The position numbers were made by a program, and so were the translations under genes. Of a stretch of DNA of 64,000 nucleotides, positions 46,401 through 61,800 are shown piece by piece. The notes under the pieces were generated by a model. The model was not told the origin of the DNA. It searched no databases and saw only the letters and a program-made list of their open reading frames with translations. The stretch is taken from the NCBI RefSeq assembly GCF_009914755.1, contig NC_060946.1; one strand, 5' to 3'. Each line of letters begins with the position of its first letter. Position 1 is the stretch's first letter. This stretch comes from the human T2T-CHM13v2.0 reference genome, Homo sapiens.

Positions 46401-49400
46401 ACAACGCCCTCTGAAGGCAGAGACTAGAAAAGAGTTACATCACCTGGGTTATCAGTGCAGAGATATATCTCAATGTCCCCTGTAGGCAGAGCATAGAGAA
46501 GACTTGCATCACCTGGATGATCAGTGCAGAGATATGTCACAATGTCCCCTATAGGCAAAGCCTAGGCAAGAGTTACAACACCTTTGTCATCAGTTCAGGG
46601 ATATGTGAAAACGCCCCTGTAGGCAGAGCCTAGACAAGAGTATACGTGCCCTAGTTGATCAGTGCAGAGTTATTTCACCATACCCCCTGTAGGCCGATCC
46701 TAGACAAGAGTTGAATCACCTGGGTGATCAGTGCAGAGATATTTCACATTGCCCCCTTTGGGCCGAGGGTAGACAAGATTTACATCACCTAGGTGATACG
46801 TGCAGAGATTTGTCAAAATTCCCTGTAGGCAGTGCTTATAAAAGTGTTACATCACCTAAGTGATCAGTGCAGAGATATGTTACGAAGCTCCTGGAGGCAG
46901 AAATTAGATGAGTTACATCACCTGGGTGATCAGTGCAAATGTATGTCAGAAAGCCCCCTGTAGGCAAAGCCTAGACAATAGTTACTTCACTTGGGTGATC
47001 AGTGGCGAGATCTCTCAAAGTTCTCCTTTAGGCAGAGCTTATACAACAGTTGCATCACCTGGGTGATCAGTGCAGAAATATGTCACAATGTCCCCATAGA
47101 CAGATCCAAGACAAGAGTCCGTCACCTGGGTGATCAGTGCAGAAACACGTCACAATGCCACCTTAGGCAGAGCCTAGACAAAAACCCCATCACCTGGATG
47201 ATCAGTGCAGAGTTATGTCACAAAGTGCCTTTAGGCAGATCCTAGAAAAGAGTTACATCACTTGGATGATCAGTGCAGAGATACGTCACAATGCCACTGT
47301 AGGCAGAGCCTAGACAAGAGTTACATGACCTAGGTGATCAGTGCAGATATATATCACAATTTCCCTCTATGCAGAGCCTTGAGAAGTGGTATATCACATG
47401 GGTGATCATTGCAGGGATATGTCACAAAGCACCCTGTAGGAAGACCCTAGAGAATAGTTACATCACCTGGGGGATCAGTGCTGAGATATGTCACAATGCC
47501 ACTGTAGGCAGAGCCTAGAAAAGAGTTACTTGACCTGGGGGATCAGTGCCAAGATATGCCACAATGCCACTGTAGGCAGAGCCTAGACAAGGCTTACATG
47601 ACCTAGGTAATCAGTGCAGAGAAACATCACAATGCCCCTGTAGGCAGATGCTTGATAAGTGGTATACCTCCTGGGTGATCATTGCAGGGATATGTCACAA
47701 AGAACCCTGTAGGCAGATCCTAGAGCATAGTTATATCACCTGGGTGATCAGTGCAGGGATATGTCACAAGCTCCCTGTAGGCAGAGCCTAGAAAAGAGTT
47801 ATATCACCTGGGTGATCAGTGAAGTGATATGTAACAATGCCGTTTAGCCAGAGCCTAGACTAAAGTTACAGCACCTGGGAGATCAGTGCAGAGATATGTC
47901 ACCTTGTCCCCAGTAGGCAGAGACCAGGCAAGATTTGGATCACCTCGGGATCACCTGCAGAGATATGTCTCAATACCCCTGAGGACACAGACTAGACAAG
48001 AGTTACATCACCTCGATTAACAGTGCAGAGATATGTCAAAATGCCCCTGTAGGAAGAGCCTACACAACTGTTACATCACTTAGGTGATCAGTGCAGAGAT
48101 ATGTCACAATACCCCTTGTAAGCAGAGCCTAGAAAAGAGTTACATCACCTAGATGATCAGTTCAGAGATATGTCACAAGCCCCCCAATAGGCAGAGCCTG
48201 GACAAGAGTTACATAACCACAGTGATCAATGCAGTGATATGTCACTATGCCCTGTAAGCAGAGCCTAGTCAACTGTAACATCACCTGGGTGATCAGTGCA
48301 GAGATATGTCACAAAGCCCCAAACACAGAGCCTAGACAAGAGTCCAATCACCTGGGTGATCAGTGCAGAAATATGTCAAAATACCCCCATAGGCAGAGCC
48401 TAGACAAAAGTCCCATCACCTGGGTGATCAGTGGAGATATCTGTCACAATTCCCCTTCAGGTGCAGCTTAGAGAAGCGTTACATCACATGAGTGATCAGT
48501 GCAGAGATATATCACTATGCCTCCATAGGCAGATCCAACACAAGAGTCCATCACCTGGGTGATCAGTGCAGAAATATGCCACAATGCCGCCAGTAGGCAG
48601 ATATAGACAAGAGTTACATCACCTGTGTGATCACTGCAGAGATATGTCACAATGCCCCTGTAGGCAGAGCCTAGACAAGAGTCTCATCACCTGGGTGATC
48701 AGTGCAAAGTTATGTCACAATGCCCCCTTTTGACAGAGCCTAGACAAGGTTTACATAACCTGGGTGACCAGTGCAGAGATGTGTCACAAGACCCCTGTAT
48801 GCAGAGCCTACACAAGGGTGACATCAGCTGTGTGATCAGTGCTGTGACATGTCACAATGTCCCTGTAGCCATATCCTTGAGAAAAGTGACATCACCTCAG
48901 TGATCAGTGCCGAGATATATCAGAATGTCTTCAGTAGGCAGAGCCTAGGCAGGAGTTACATCACCTGGGTGATCAGGGCAGAGATATTTCACAATGCTCC
49001 CTGTAAGCAGATCCCAGACAAGAGTTGAATCCCCTCAGTGATCAGTGCAGAGATATGTCTCAATGTTCCCTGTCGGTGAAGCCTATACAAGGGTTACATC
49101 GTCTCGGTGATCAGTGGAGTGATATGTTAAAATGCCCCTGTAGGCAGAGACTAGACAAGAGTTACATCACCTGGGTGATCAGTGCAGAGATATGTCATAA
49201 ATCCCACTGTCGGCAAAGCCTAGACAAGTTTTACATCACCTCAGCGATCAGTGCAGAGACATGTCCCAATGTCCCTCTAGGCAGAGCTTAGACAAGAGTC
49301 ACATCTCCTGGGTGATCAGTGCAGAGATAAGTAACAATGCCCCCGTAAGCAGAGCCTAGACGAGAGTTACGTAACCCGGGTGATCCGTGCAGTGTGATGT

Positions 49401-52400
49401 CACAACGCCCTCTGTAGGCAGAGACTAGACAAGAGTTATATCACCTGGGTGATCAGTGCAGAGATATTTCACAATGACCCTGTAGGCAGAGCATAGAGAA
49501 GAGTTGCATCACCTGGGTGATCCATGCAGAGATATGTCACAAGCCCCCTGTAGGCAAAGCCTAGACTAGAGTAATATCACCTGGATGATCAGTGTAGTGA
49601 TATGTCACAGTGCCATGTAGCCAGAGCCTATACTAAAGTTACAGCACCTGGGAGATCAGTGAAGAGATATGTCACAATGTCCCCAGTAGGCAGAGTCCAG
49701 GCAAGAGTTGGATCACCTCGGGATCAGTGCAGAGATATGTCTCAATCCCGCTGTGTGCACAGCCTAGAAAAGCGTTACATCGCCTCGGTTAACAGTGCAG
49801 AGACATGTCAAAATGCCCCTGCAGGCCGAGCCTACACAAGTGTTACAACACTTAGGTGATCAGTGAAGAGATACGTCACAATACCCCCTGTAAGCAGAGC
49901 CTAAACAAGAGTTACATCACCTGGTTGCTCAGTGCAGAGATATGTGACAAGGTCCCTATAAGCAGAGCCTAGACAATTGTTACATCACCTGGGTGGTGAG
50001 TGCAGAAATCTGTCAAAATGCCCCTTTAGGCAGAGCTTAGACCAGAGTTACACCACCTGGGTGATCAGTGCAGACATATGTCACAAGTCCCCCAAAGGCA
50101 AATCCAAGACAAGAGTCCGTCACCTGCATGATCAGTGCAGAAATATGTGACAATGCCCCCAGTTGGCAGAGCCTAGAGAAGAGTCCCATCACCTGGGTGA
50201 TCAGTGCAGAAAAATTTCACAGTGCCCCTGCAGGCAGAGCGTAAGCAAGAGTTACATCACCTAGATGATCAATGCAGAGATATGTTACAAGGCCACCTAT
50301 AGGCAGAGCCTGAACAAGAGTTACGTCACCTCGGTGATCAATGCAGTGATATGTCACTATGTCCCTTAGGCAGAACCTAGTCAAGCGTTACATCACCTGG
50401 GTGATTATTGCAGAGATATGTCAAATAGCCACCATAAATAGAGCCTAGACAAGAGTCCCATCACCTGGGTGATCAGTGCAGAAATACGTCACAATACACC
50501 CATAGGTAGATCCAACACAAGGGTTACATCACCTGGGTGATCATTGTAGATATAAGTCACAATGCCCCTTTAGGCAGAGCTTAGACCAGAGTTAAACCAC
50601 CTGGGTGATCAGTGCAGAAATATGTCACAATGCCCCCATAAGCAAATCCAAGATAAGAGTCCGTCACCTGGGTGATCAGTGCAGAAATATGTGACAATGC
50701 CCCCATTAGGCAGAGCCTAGAGAAGAGTCCAATCACCTGGGTGATCAGCGCAGAGAAATTTCACAATGCCCCTGCAGGCAGAGCATAAACAAGAGTTACA
50801 TCACCTACATGATCAGTGCAGAGATATGTCACAAAGCCCTGTAGGCGGGGATTAGAAAAGAGTTACATCTCCTGGGTTATCAGTGCAAAGATATGTCACA
50901 AACCCCCTGTAGACAAATCCCAGAAGATTGTTACATCACCTGGGTGATCAGTGGAGATAGCTGTCACAATTCCCCTTTAGTCGCAGCTTAGACAAGCGTT
51001 ACATCACATGAGTGATCAGTGCAGAGATATGACACAATGCCCACTTTAGCAGAGCATAGAGTAGAGATGCATCACGTGGGTGATCAGTGCAGAGATATGT
51101 CACAATGTCTCCTGTAGGCAGAGCATAGAGAAGAGTTACATCACCTGGGTGATCAGTGCAGAAATATGCCACAATGCCGCCAGTAAGCAGATATAGGCAA
51201 GAGTTACATCACCTTCGTGATCACTGCAGAGATATGTCACAATGCCCCTGTAGGCAGAGACTAGACAAGGGTCCCATCACCTGGGTGATCACTGCAGAGA
51301 TATGTCATAAATCTCACTGTAGGCAAAGCCTAGACAAGTTTTACATCACCTCAGCGATCAGTGCAGAGATAAGTCCCAATGTCCCTCTAGGCAGAGCTTA
51401 GACAAGAGTCACAGCTCCTGGGTGATCAGTGCAGAGATAAGTCACAATGCCCCCGTAGGCAAAGCCTAGACGAGAGTTACATAACCCGGGTGATCCGTGC
51501 AGAGTGATGTCACAATGTCGTCTGTAGGCAGAGACTAGAAAAGAGTTACATCACCTGGGTGATCAGTGCAGAGATATGTCACAATGCCCCCTTTAGGCAG
51601 AGCATAGAGAAGAGTTGCATCACCTGGGTGATCAGTGCAGAGATATGTCACAATATCCCCAGTAGGCAGAGCATAGAGAAGAGTTGCATCACCTGGATGA
51701 TCAGTGCAGAGATATATCACAATGTCTCCTGTAGGCAATGCCTAGGCAAGAGTTACATCACCTTTGTCATCATTTCAGGTATATGTGAAAACGCCCCTGT
51801 AGGCAGAGCCTAGACAAGAGTTAAATCACCTAGTTGATCAGTGCAGAGATATTTCACAATACCCCCTGTAGGCAGATCCAAGACAAGAGTTGAATCATCT
51901 GGGTGATCAGTGCAGAGATATTTCACAATGCCCCCTCTGGGCAGAGGGTAAACAAGAGTTACATCACCTAGGTGATACGTGCAGAGATTTGTCAAAATTC
52001 CCTGTAGGCAGTGCTTATAAAAGTGTTACATCACCTAAGTGATCAGTGCAGAGATATGTCACAAAGCCCCATGTAGGCAAAGCCTAGGCAATAGTTACAT
52101 CACTTGCGTGATCAGTGGCGAGATCTCTCACAATTCCCCTGTAAGCAGAGCTTATACAACAGTTACATCACCTGGCTGATCATTGCAGAGATATGTCACA
52201 ATGCCCACATAGGCAGATCCAAGACAAGAGTCCGTCACCTGGGTGATCAGTGCAGAGATATGTGAGAATTCCCGTGTAAGCAGAGCCCAGACAAGTGTTA
52301 CATCACCTAGGTCATCAGCGCAGGTGTAAGTCATAAAGCCTCCTGTAGGCAGAGGGTAGACAAGAGTTCCCTCCCTAGGGTGATCAGTGCAGAGGTGTGT

Positions 52401-55400
52401 CACAAAGACCCTGTGGGCAGAGCCTAGACAAGAGTTTCATCACTTGGTTGATCAGTTCAGAGATGTGTCACAATGTCCATGTAGGCAAATCTAAGACAAG
52501 AGTCCATCACCTGGGTGATCAGTGCAGAGATATGTACCAATGTCCCTGTAGGCAGTGCCTAGACAAGAGTTGCATGACCTCAGAGATCAGTGCAGAGATA
52601 TTTCACAAAGCCTTCCGTAGGCAAAGCTCATACAAGGCTTACATCACCTAGGTGGTCAGTGCAGTGATACGTCAAAAAAATCCCTGTAAACAGAGCCTAG
52701 AAAAGAGTTACATCACCTGGGTGATCAGTGAAGATATTCGACACAATGACCCCATAGACAGAGCATAGACAAGACTTCCTTCACCTTCTTGATCAGTGCA
52801 GAGATATGTCACAAATCCCCCTCTAGGCAGAGAATAGAGAACAGTCCCATCACCTGGGTGATCAGTGCAGAGATATTTCACAATGCCCCCTGTAAGCAGA
52901 GAGTTGACATGATTTACATAACCTAGGTGATCTGTGCAGAGCTATGTGAAAACGCCCTTGTAGGCAGAGCCTAGATAAATGTTACATCACGTGGGTGATC
53001 AGTGCAGAGATACTTCACATTAACACCTGTAGGTGGAGCCTTGACAAGATTTACATCAACTGGGTGATCAATGCAGAGATATGTCACAAAGCCCCTTTAG
53101 GCAGAGCCTAAGCAAGAGTTACATCACCTGGGTGATCAGTGCAGAAATATGTCACAAAGCCACCGTAGGCCGAGCGTAGACAAGAGTTGTTACATGTCCT
53201 GGGTGATCAGTGCAAAGTTAATTCACAAAGCCCCCTGTTGACAAATCCCAGAAAATTGTTAAATCACCTGGGTGATCAGTGGAGATATCTGTCACAATTC
53301 CCCTTCAGGCGCAGCTTAGACAAACGTTACATCACATGGGTGATCAGTGCAGAGATATGTCACTATGCCCCCATAGGCAGATCCAAGACAAGAGTCCATC
53401 ACCTGGGTGACCAGAGCAGAGATATGTCACAATGCCCACTGTAAGCAGATCCCAGACAAGACTTGCATCACCTCGATGATCATTTCAGAGATATGTCTCA
53501 ATGACCCCTGTCGGCGAAGCCTATAGAACTGTTACATCATCTCGGTGATCAGTGCAGTGATATGTTAAAATGCCCCTGTAGGAAGAGCCTAGACAAGAGT
53601 TACATCACATGGGTGATCAGTGCAGAGATATCTCACAATACCCCCTGTAAGCAGAGCCTAGACAAGAGTTATATCTCCTGGGTGATCAGTGCAGAGATAT
53701 GTCATAAATCTCACTGTAGGCAAAGCCTAGACAAGTTTTACATCACCTCACGATCAGTGCAGAGATATGTCCCAATGTCCCTCTAGGCAGAGCTTAGACA
53801 AGTGTCACATCTCCTGGGTGATCAGTGCAGAGATATGTCACAACTCCCCCGTAGGCAGAGCCTAGACGAGAGTTACATAACCCAGGTGATCCGTGCAGAG
53901 TGATGTCACAACACCCTCAGTAGGCAGAGACTAGAAAAGAGTTACATCACCTGGGTGATCAGTGCAGAGATATGTCACAATGCTCCCATTAGGCAGAGCG
54001 TAGAGAAGAGTTGCATCACCTGGGTGATCTGTGCAGAGATATGTCACAATGTCCCCTGTAGGCAAAGCCTAGGCAAGAGTTACTTCACCTTTGTCATCAG
54101 TTCAGGGATATGTGAAATCTCCCCTGTAGGCAGAGCATAGACAAGAGTTACATCACCTGGGTGATCAGTGCATATATATGTCACAATGCCCCCATAGGCA
54201 GATCCAAGACAATATTCCGTCACCTAGGTGATCAGTGCAGACATATGTCACAATGCCCCATGAGGCAGAACCTAGACAGAAGCCCCATCATCTGGATGAT
54301 CAGTGTACAGTTATCTCACAAAGCACCCTGTAGGCAGATCCTAGAAAAGAGTTACATCACCTGGGTGATCAGTGCAGAGATATGTCACAATGCCACTGTA
54401 GACGGAGCCTTGAGAAGAGTTACATGACCTAGGTGATCAGTGCAGAGATACATCGCAATGCCCCTATAGACAGAGCCTTGACAAGTGGTATATCACATCG
54501 GTGATCATTGCAGGAATATGTCTGAAAGCACCCTGTAGGCAGATCCTAGAGAAGAGTTATATCACCTGGGTGATCACTGCAGAGATATATCACAAGTCCC
54601 CTGTAGGCAGAGCCTAGACAAGAGTTATATCACCTGGGTGATCAGTGCAGTGATATGTCACAATGCCGTGTAGCCAGAGCCTAGACTAAAGTTGCAGCGC
54701 CAGAGACATCAGTACAGAGATATGTCACAATGTCCCCAGTAGGCAGAGACAAGGCAAGTGTTGGATCACCTCAGGATCAGTGCAGAGATATCTCTCAATC
54801 CCCCTGTGGGCACAGGCTAGACAAGCGTTACATCACCTCGGTTAACAGTGCAGAGATATGTCAAAATGCCTCTGTAGGCAGAGCCTACACAAGTGTTACA
54901 TCACCTGTGTGATCAGTGCAGAGATATGTGACAAGGCCCCTTTAAGCAGAACCTAGACAATAGTTACATCACCTGAGTGATCAGTGCGGAGATCTGTCAC
55001 AGTGACCCTTTAGGCAGAGCTTAGACCAGAGTTACATCACCTGGGTGATAAATGCAGAGATATGTCACAATGCACCTTAGGCAAATCCAAGAGAAGAGTC
55101 CATCACCTGGGTGATCAGTGCAGAAATATGTCACAATGCCCCATTGGGCAGAGCCTAGACAAAAGCCCCATCACCTGGATGATCAGTGCAGAGTTATGTC
55201 ACAAAGTCCCTTTAGGCAGATCCTACACAAGAGTTACATCACTTGGATGATCAGTGCAGAGATATGTCACAATGCCACTGTAGGCAGAGCCTAGACAAGA
55301 GTTACATGACCTAGATGATCAGTGCAGACATACATCGCAATGCCCCTGTAGGCAGAGCCTTGACAATTGGTATATCACCTGGGTGATCATTGCAGGGATA

Positions 55401-56086
55401 TGTCCCAAACACCCTGTAGGCAGATCCTAGAGAAGAGTTATATCACCTGGGTGATCAATGCAGTGATATGTCACAATGCCGTGTAGCCAGAGCCTATACT
55501 AAATTTACAACACCTTGGAGGTCAGTGCAGATATATGTCACAATGTCCCCAGTAGGCAGAGATCAGGCAAGAGTTGGATCACCTCGTGATCACCGCAGAG
55601 ATATGTCTCAATCACTCTGTAGGCACAGCGTAGACAAGAGTTAAATCACCTGGGTTAACAGTGCAGAGGTATATCAAAATGCCCCTGTAGGCAGAGCCTA
55701 CACAAGTGTTACATCACTTAGGTGATCAGTGCAGAGATATGTCACAATACCCCTTGTAAACAGAGCCTAGACAAGAGTTACATTACCTGGGTGATCAGTG
55801 CAGAGATATGTCCCAAAGCCCCCATACACAGAGCCTAGACAAGAGACCCATCACCTGGGTGATCAGTGCAGAAATATGTCACAATGCCCCCATAGGCAGA
55901 TCCAGCATAAGTGTTACATCACCTGGGAGATCAGTTTAGAGATATGTCACAATGCCCCCTTAGGGAGAGCCTAGACAAAAGTCCCATCATCTGAGTGATC
56001 AGTGCAGAGATGTGTCACAAAACCCCTGTAGGCAGAGCCTAGACAAGTGTTACATCACTTTGTTGATCAGTTCAGAGATGTGTCAT
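40417..56086 (+). repeat. Beta satellite block 8
   Basis: ~15.7 kb uninterrupted forward monomers with recurring ordered variants. Confidence 0.97.
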
Positions 56087-56534
56087 GCTGACTGTTTACT
56101 CCCGGAGCTCTGCGGCTCCCAGAAACATGCAGGGAAGGGTGATAGAACGGCATGGTGCCTTTGCTCTCCTTGCCAGTTTCCAAATCCATCACACTGCAGA
56201 CACCCGATGTTGCCGCTCGCGGGAATCCATCGTCAGGCCTTCACGCCGGGGTGGCATCTTCTCTCTGGGGTCTCGTTCTGTTCTCCTACGTGGAAATGAA
56301 TGAGAGCCACACGCCTGCGAGTGTGAGACTGTCCCGGCAACGGCGACACCCACAGGCACTGCCTCCTTCAGGGAGAGAGGGCCTGGAACACTCAAAACTG
56401 CCACGGAGGTTCAGTTCCACAATCCCCTCGACCCTCCCAGGCCATGTTCTGCCTGCTGAAGATGCGTGGTAGCCCAGAGAGCCGCTTCCAGTTCCCGTTT
56501 GTTTCCTGGAGAGGTCTGGAGAGCCAGCCCCTGA

Positions 56535-58148
<1,614 letters not shown>

Positions 58149-58826
58149 GACGCAAGGTTGGGATGGGGTCGGGTCGGGGCAGGGTGGTGGCCTCTCTTTT
58201 GAGGGGAACACCTGGCTGGCTATGGAGGGGCGTGTCTTCCCCCTGCCCCATCCACCGGGCTGAACGGCCTGGGATTCTTGCCTTCTAGGTCTAGGCCCAG
58301 TGAGAGACTCCACACAGCGGATAACTGCCATTCTTTCCTGGGCATCCCGGGGATCTCAGAGCAGGCCCAGGTACCAGCAGGTGGGCCACCTACTGCACCC
58401 GCGCAGGTTTGTGGGCAGCCGCCTGGGCTGTGGGAGCAGCCCGGGCAGATCTCTCATGCCTTTCCCCCACCCCACCCCCGCCTGACCACCACCGGAAAAT
58501 GCGTCCTCCCCTGGACTGGTTGGAAAACCCCATCCCGTGAAACACCGGGCGCGCACAGCGTCCAGGCCTGACACCCCTCCGGCCACTCGCCTCCTCTGCG
58601 ACTCCGCGGCACTGTCGACTTCACGCCGGTGCCCCTGCAGCCTCTCAGCTGCCACCATGAAGGCCCGGCGGCGGAACGCAGAACTCTAGCTCTCTTTGCC
58701 GGCCTCCTGGCTAGACCTGCGCTCATTGCCGACACCAGCAGACATGCAAGGGAGCCCGCTGGCCTCTCTGTGCAATTGTCCGTCCGTGAAATTCTGGCTG
58801 AGGCTCTCCCAACACCTTCCGACGCT

Positions 58827-61800
58827 CTTCAGTCAAAGCCTGGAGAATAGTTACATCTCCTGGATGATCAGTTCAGAAATATGTCACAATGCCCCCTCCC
58901 TGCAGAGCCTAGAGAAGATTTGCATCATTTGGGTGATCAGTGCAGAGATATATCACAATATCCCCTGTACAAAAAGCCTGGAAATGATTTACATCACCTC
59001 GGTGATCTGTGCATAGGTATGTCAGAAATCCCCAATAGGCTAAACCCAGACAAGGGTTACATCACTTAGGTGATCAGTGTAGAGATATGTGAAAATTCCC
59101 GTGTAAACAGAGCATAGACAAGTGTTACATCACCTAGTGATCAGTGCAGGGATAAGTCGTAAAGCCTCTGGTAGGCAGAGCATAGAAAAGTGTTTCCGCC
59201 CTGGGGTGATCAGTGCAGAGATATGTCACAAAGCCCCTGTAAGCAGAACCTTGACAAGGGTTACATCACCTGTTTGATCAGTGGAAATGTATATCACAAA
59301 GCCCCCTGTAGGCAAAGCTCAGACAATTGTTACATCACCTGGGTGAGCATTAGAGAGATCTGTCACAATGCCCCTGTAGCCAGAGCTTAGACAAGGGTTA
59401 CATCACCTGGGTGATCAGTGCAGAGATATGCCAAATGCTCCCGCAGGCTGAACCTAGACAGGAGTTACATCACCCGGGTGATCAGTGCAGAGATATGTGA
59501 GAATTCCTGTGTAGGCAGAGCCTAGACAAGTGTTACATCACGTAGGTTATCAGTGCAGGTATAAGTCATAAAGCCTCCTGTAGGCAGAGCGTAGACAAGA
59601 GTTCCCTCCCCAGGGTGATCAGTGCAGAGATGTGTCACAAAGCCCCTGTAGGCAGAGCCTAGACAAGAGTTTCATCACTTGGTTGATCAGTTCAGAAATG
59701 TGTGACAATGTCTATGATGGCAGATCTAAGACAAGAGTCCATCACCTGGGTGATCACTGCAGAGATATGTACGAATGTCCACTGTAGGCAGTGCCTATAC
59801 AAGAGTTGCATCACCTCAGAGATCAGTGCATAGATATGTCACAAAGCCTTCTGTAGGCAAAGCCCAAACAAGGCTTACATCATGTAGCTGATCAGTGCAG
59901 TGATATGTCACAAAAATCCCTGTAGACAGAGCCTAGAAAAGAGTTACATCACCTGGGTGATCAGTACAGATATTTGACACAATGTCCACATAGACAGAGC
60001 CTAGAAAAGACTTCCATCACCTGGGTGATCAGTGCAGAGATATGTCACAAATCGCCCTCTAGGCAAAGTATAGAGAAGAGTCCCATGACCTGGGTGATCA
60101 GTGCAGAGATATTTCACAATGGCCCTGTAGGCAGAGAGTGGACAAGAGTTACATAACCTAGGTGATCCGTGCAGAGCTATGTCAAAACGCCCCTGTAGGC
60201 AGAGCCTAGATAAATGTTACATCACCTGGGTGATCAGTGCAGAAATACATCACAATACCCCCTGTAGGTGGAGCCTAGACAAGAGTTACATCACCTGGGT
60301 GATCAGTGCAGAGATACGTCACAATAACCCCTGCAGGTGGAGCCTAGACAAGAGTTACATCACCTGGGTGATCAGTACAGAAATATGTCACAAAGAGACG
60401 GTAGGCAGAGCCTAAACAATAGTTACATATCCTGGGTGATCAGTGCAGAAATATGTCACAAATCCCCTGGAGGTCGAGTCTTGAAAAGAATTACATCTCC
60501 TGGGTGATCAGTGCAAAGATATGTCACAAAGCCCCCTGTAGACAAATCCCAGAAAATTGTTACATCACCTGGGTAAACATTTCAGAAATCTTTCAGAAAT
60601 CCCCTTTAGACAGAGCTTAGACAAGCGTTACATCTCATGAGTTATCAGTGCAGAGATATGTCACTATGACCCCATAGGCAGATCGAAGACAAAAGTCCAT
60701 CACCTGGGTGATCAGAGCAGAGATATGTCATAAATACCACTGTTGGCAAAGCCTAGACAAGTTTTACATCACCTCAGCGATCAGTGCAGAGATATGTCCC
60801 AATGTCCCTCTGGCAGAGCTTAGACAATTGTCACAACTCCTGGGTGATCAGTGCAGAGATAAGTCAAAATGCCCCCGAAGGCAGAGCCTAGACGAGAGTT
60901 ATATAACCCGGGTGATCCGTGCAGAGTGATGTCACACCGCCCTCTGTAGACAGAGACTAGAAAAGAGTTACATCAACTGGGTGATCAGTGCAGAGATATG
61001 TCAAAATACGCCCTGTAGGCAGAGCATAGAGAAGAGTTGCATCGCATGGGTGATCAGTGCAGAGATATGTCACAATGTCCCCTGTTGGCACAGCATAGAG
61101 AAGAGTTGCATCATCTGGGTGATCAGTGCAGAGATATGTCACAATATCCCCTTTAGGCAAAGCCTAGGCAAGAGTTACATCACCTGTGTCATCAGTTCAG
61201 GGATATGTGAAAACGCCCCTGTAGGCAGAGCCTAGACAACAGTTAGAACACCTAGTTGATCAGTGCAGAGATATTTCACAATACCCCCTGTAGGCAGATA
61301 CTAGACAAGAGTTGAATCACCTTGGTGATCAGTGCAGAGATATTTCACAATGCCCCCTTTGGGCAGAGGGTGGATAATAGTTACATCACCTAGGTGATCA
61401 GTGCAGAGATTTGTCAACATTCCCTGTAGGCAGTGCTTATAAAAGTGTTACATCACCTAAGTGAACAGTGCAGAGATATGTCACAAAGCTCCTGCAGGCA
61501 GAACTTTGATGAGTTACATCACCTGGGTGATCAGTGCAAAGGTATGTCACAAAGCCGCCTGTAGGCAAAGCCTAGACAATAGTTACATCACTTGGGTGAT
61601 CAGCGGCGAGATCTCTCACAATTCCCCTGTAGGCAGAGCTTATACAACAGTTACATCACCTGGGTGATCAGTGCAGGGATATGTCACAATGGCCCCATAG
61701 GCAGATCCAAGACAAGAGTCCATCACCTGGGTGATCAGTGCAGAAATATGTCACAATGCCCCCTTAGGCAGAGCCTAGACAAAAGCCCCATCACCTGGAT

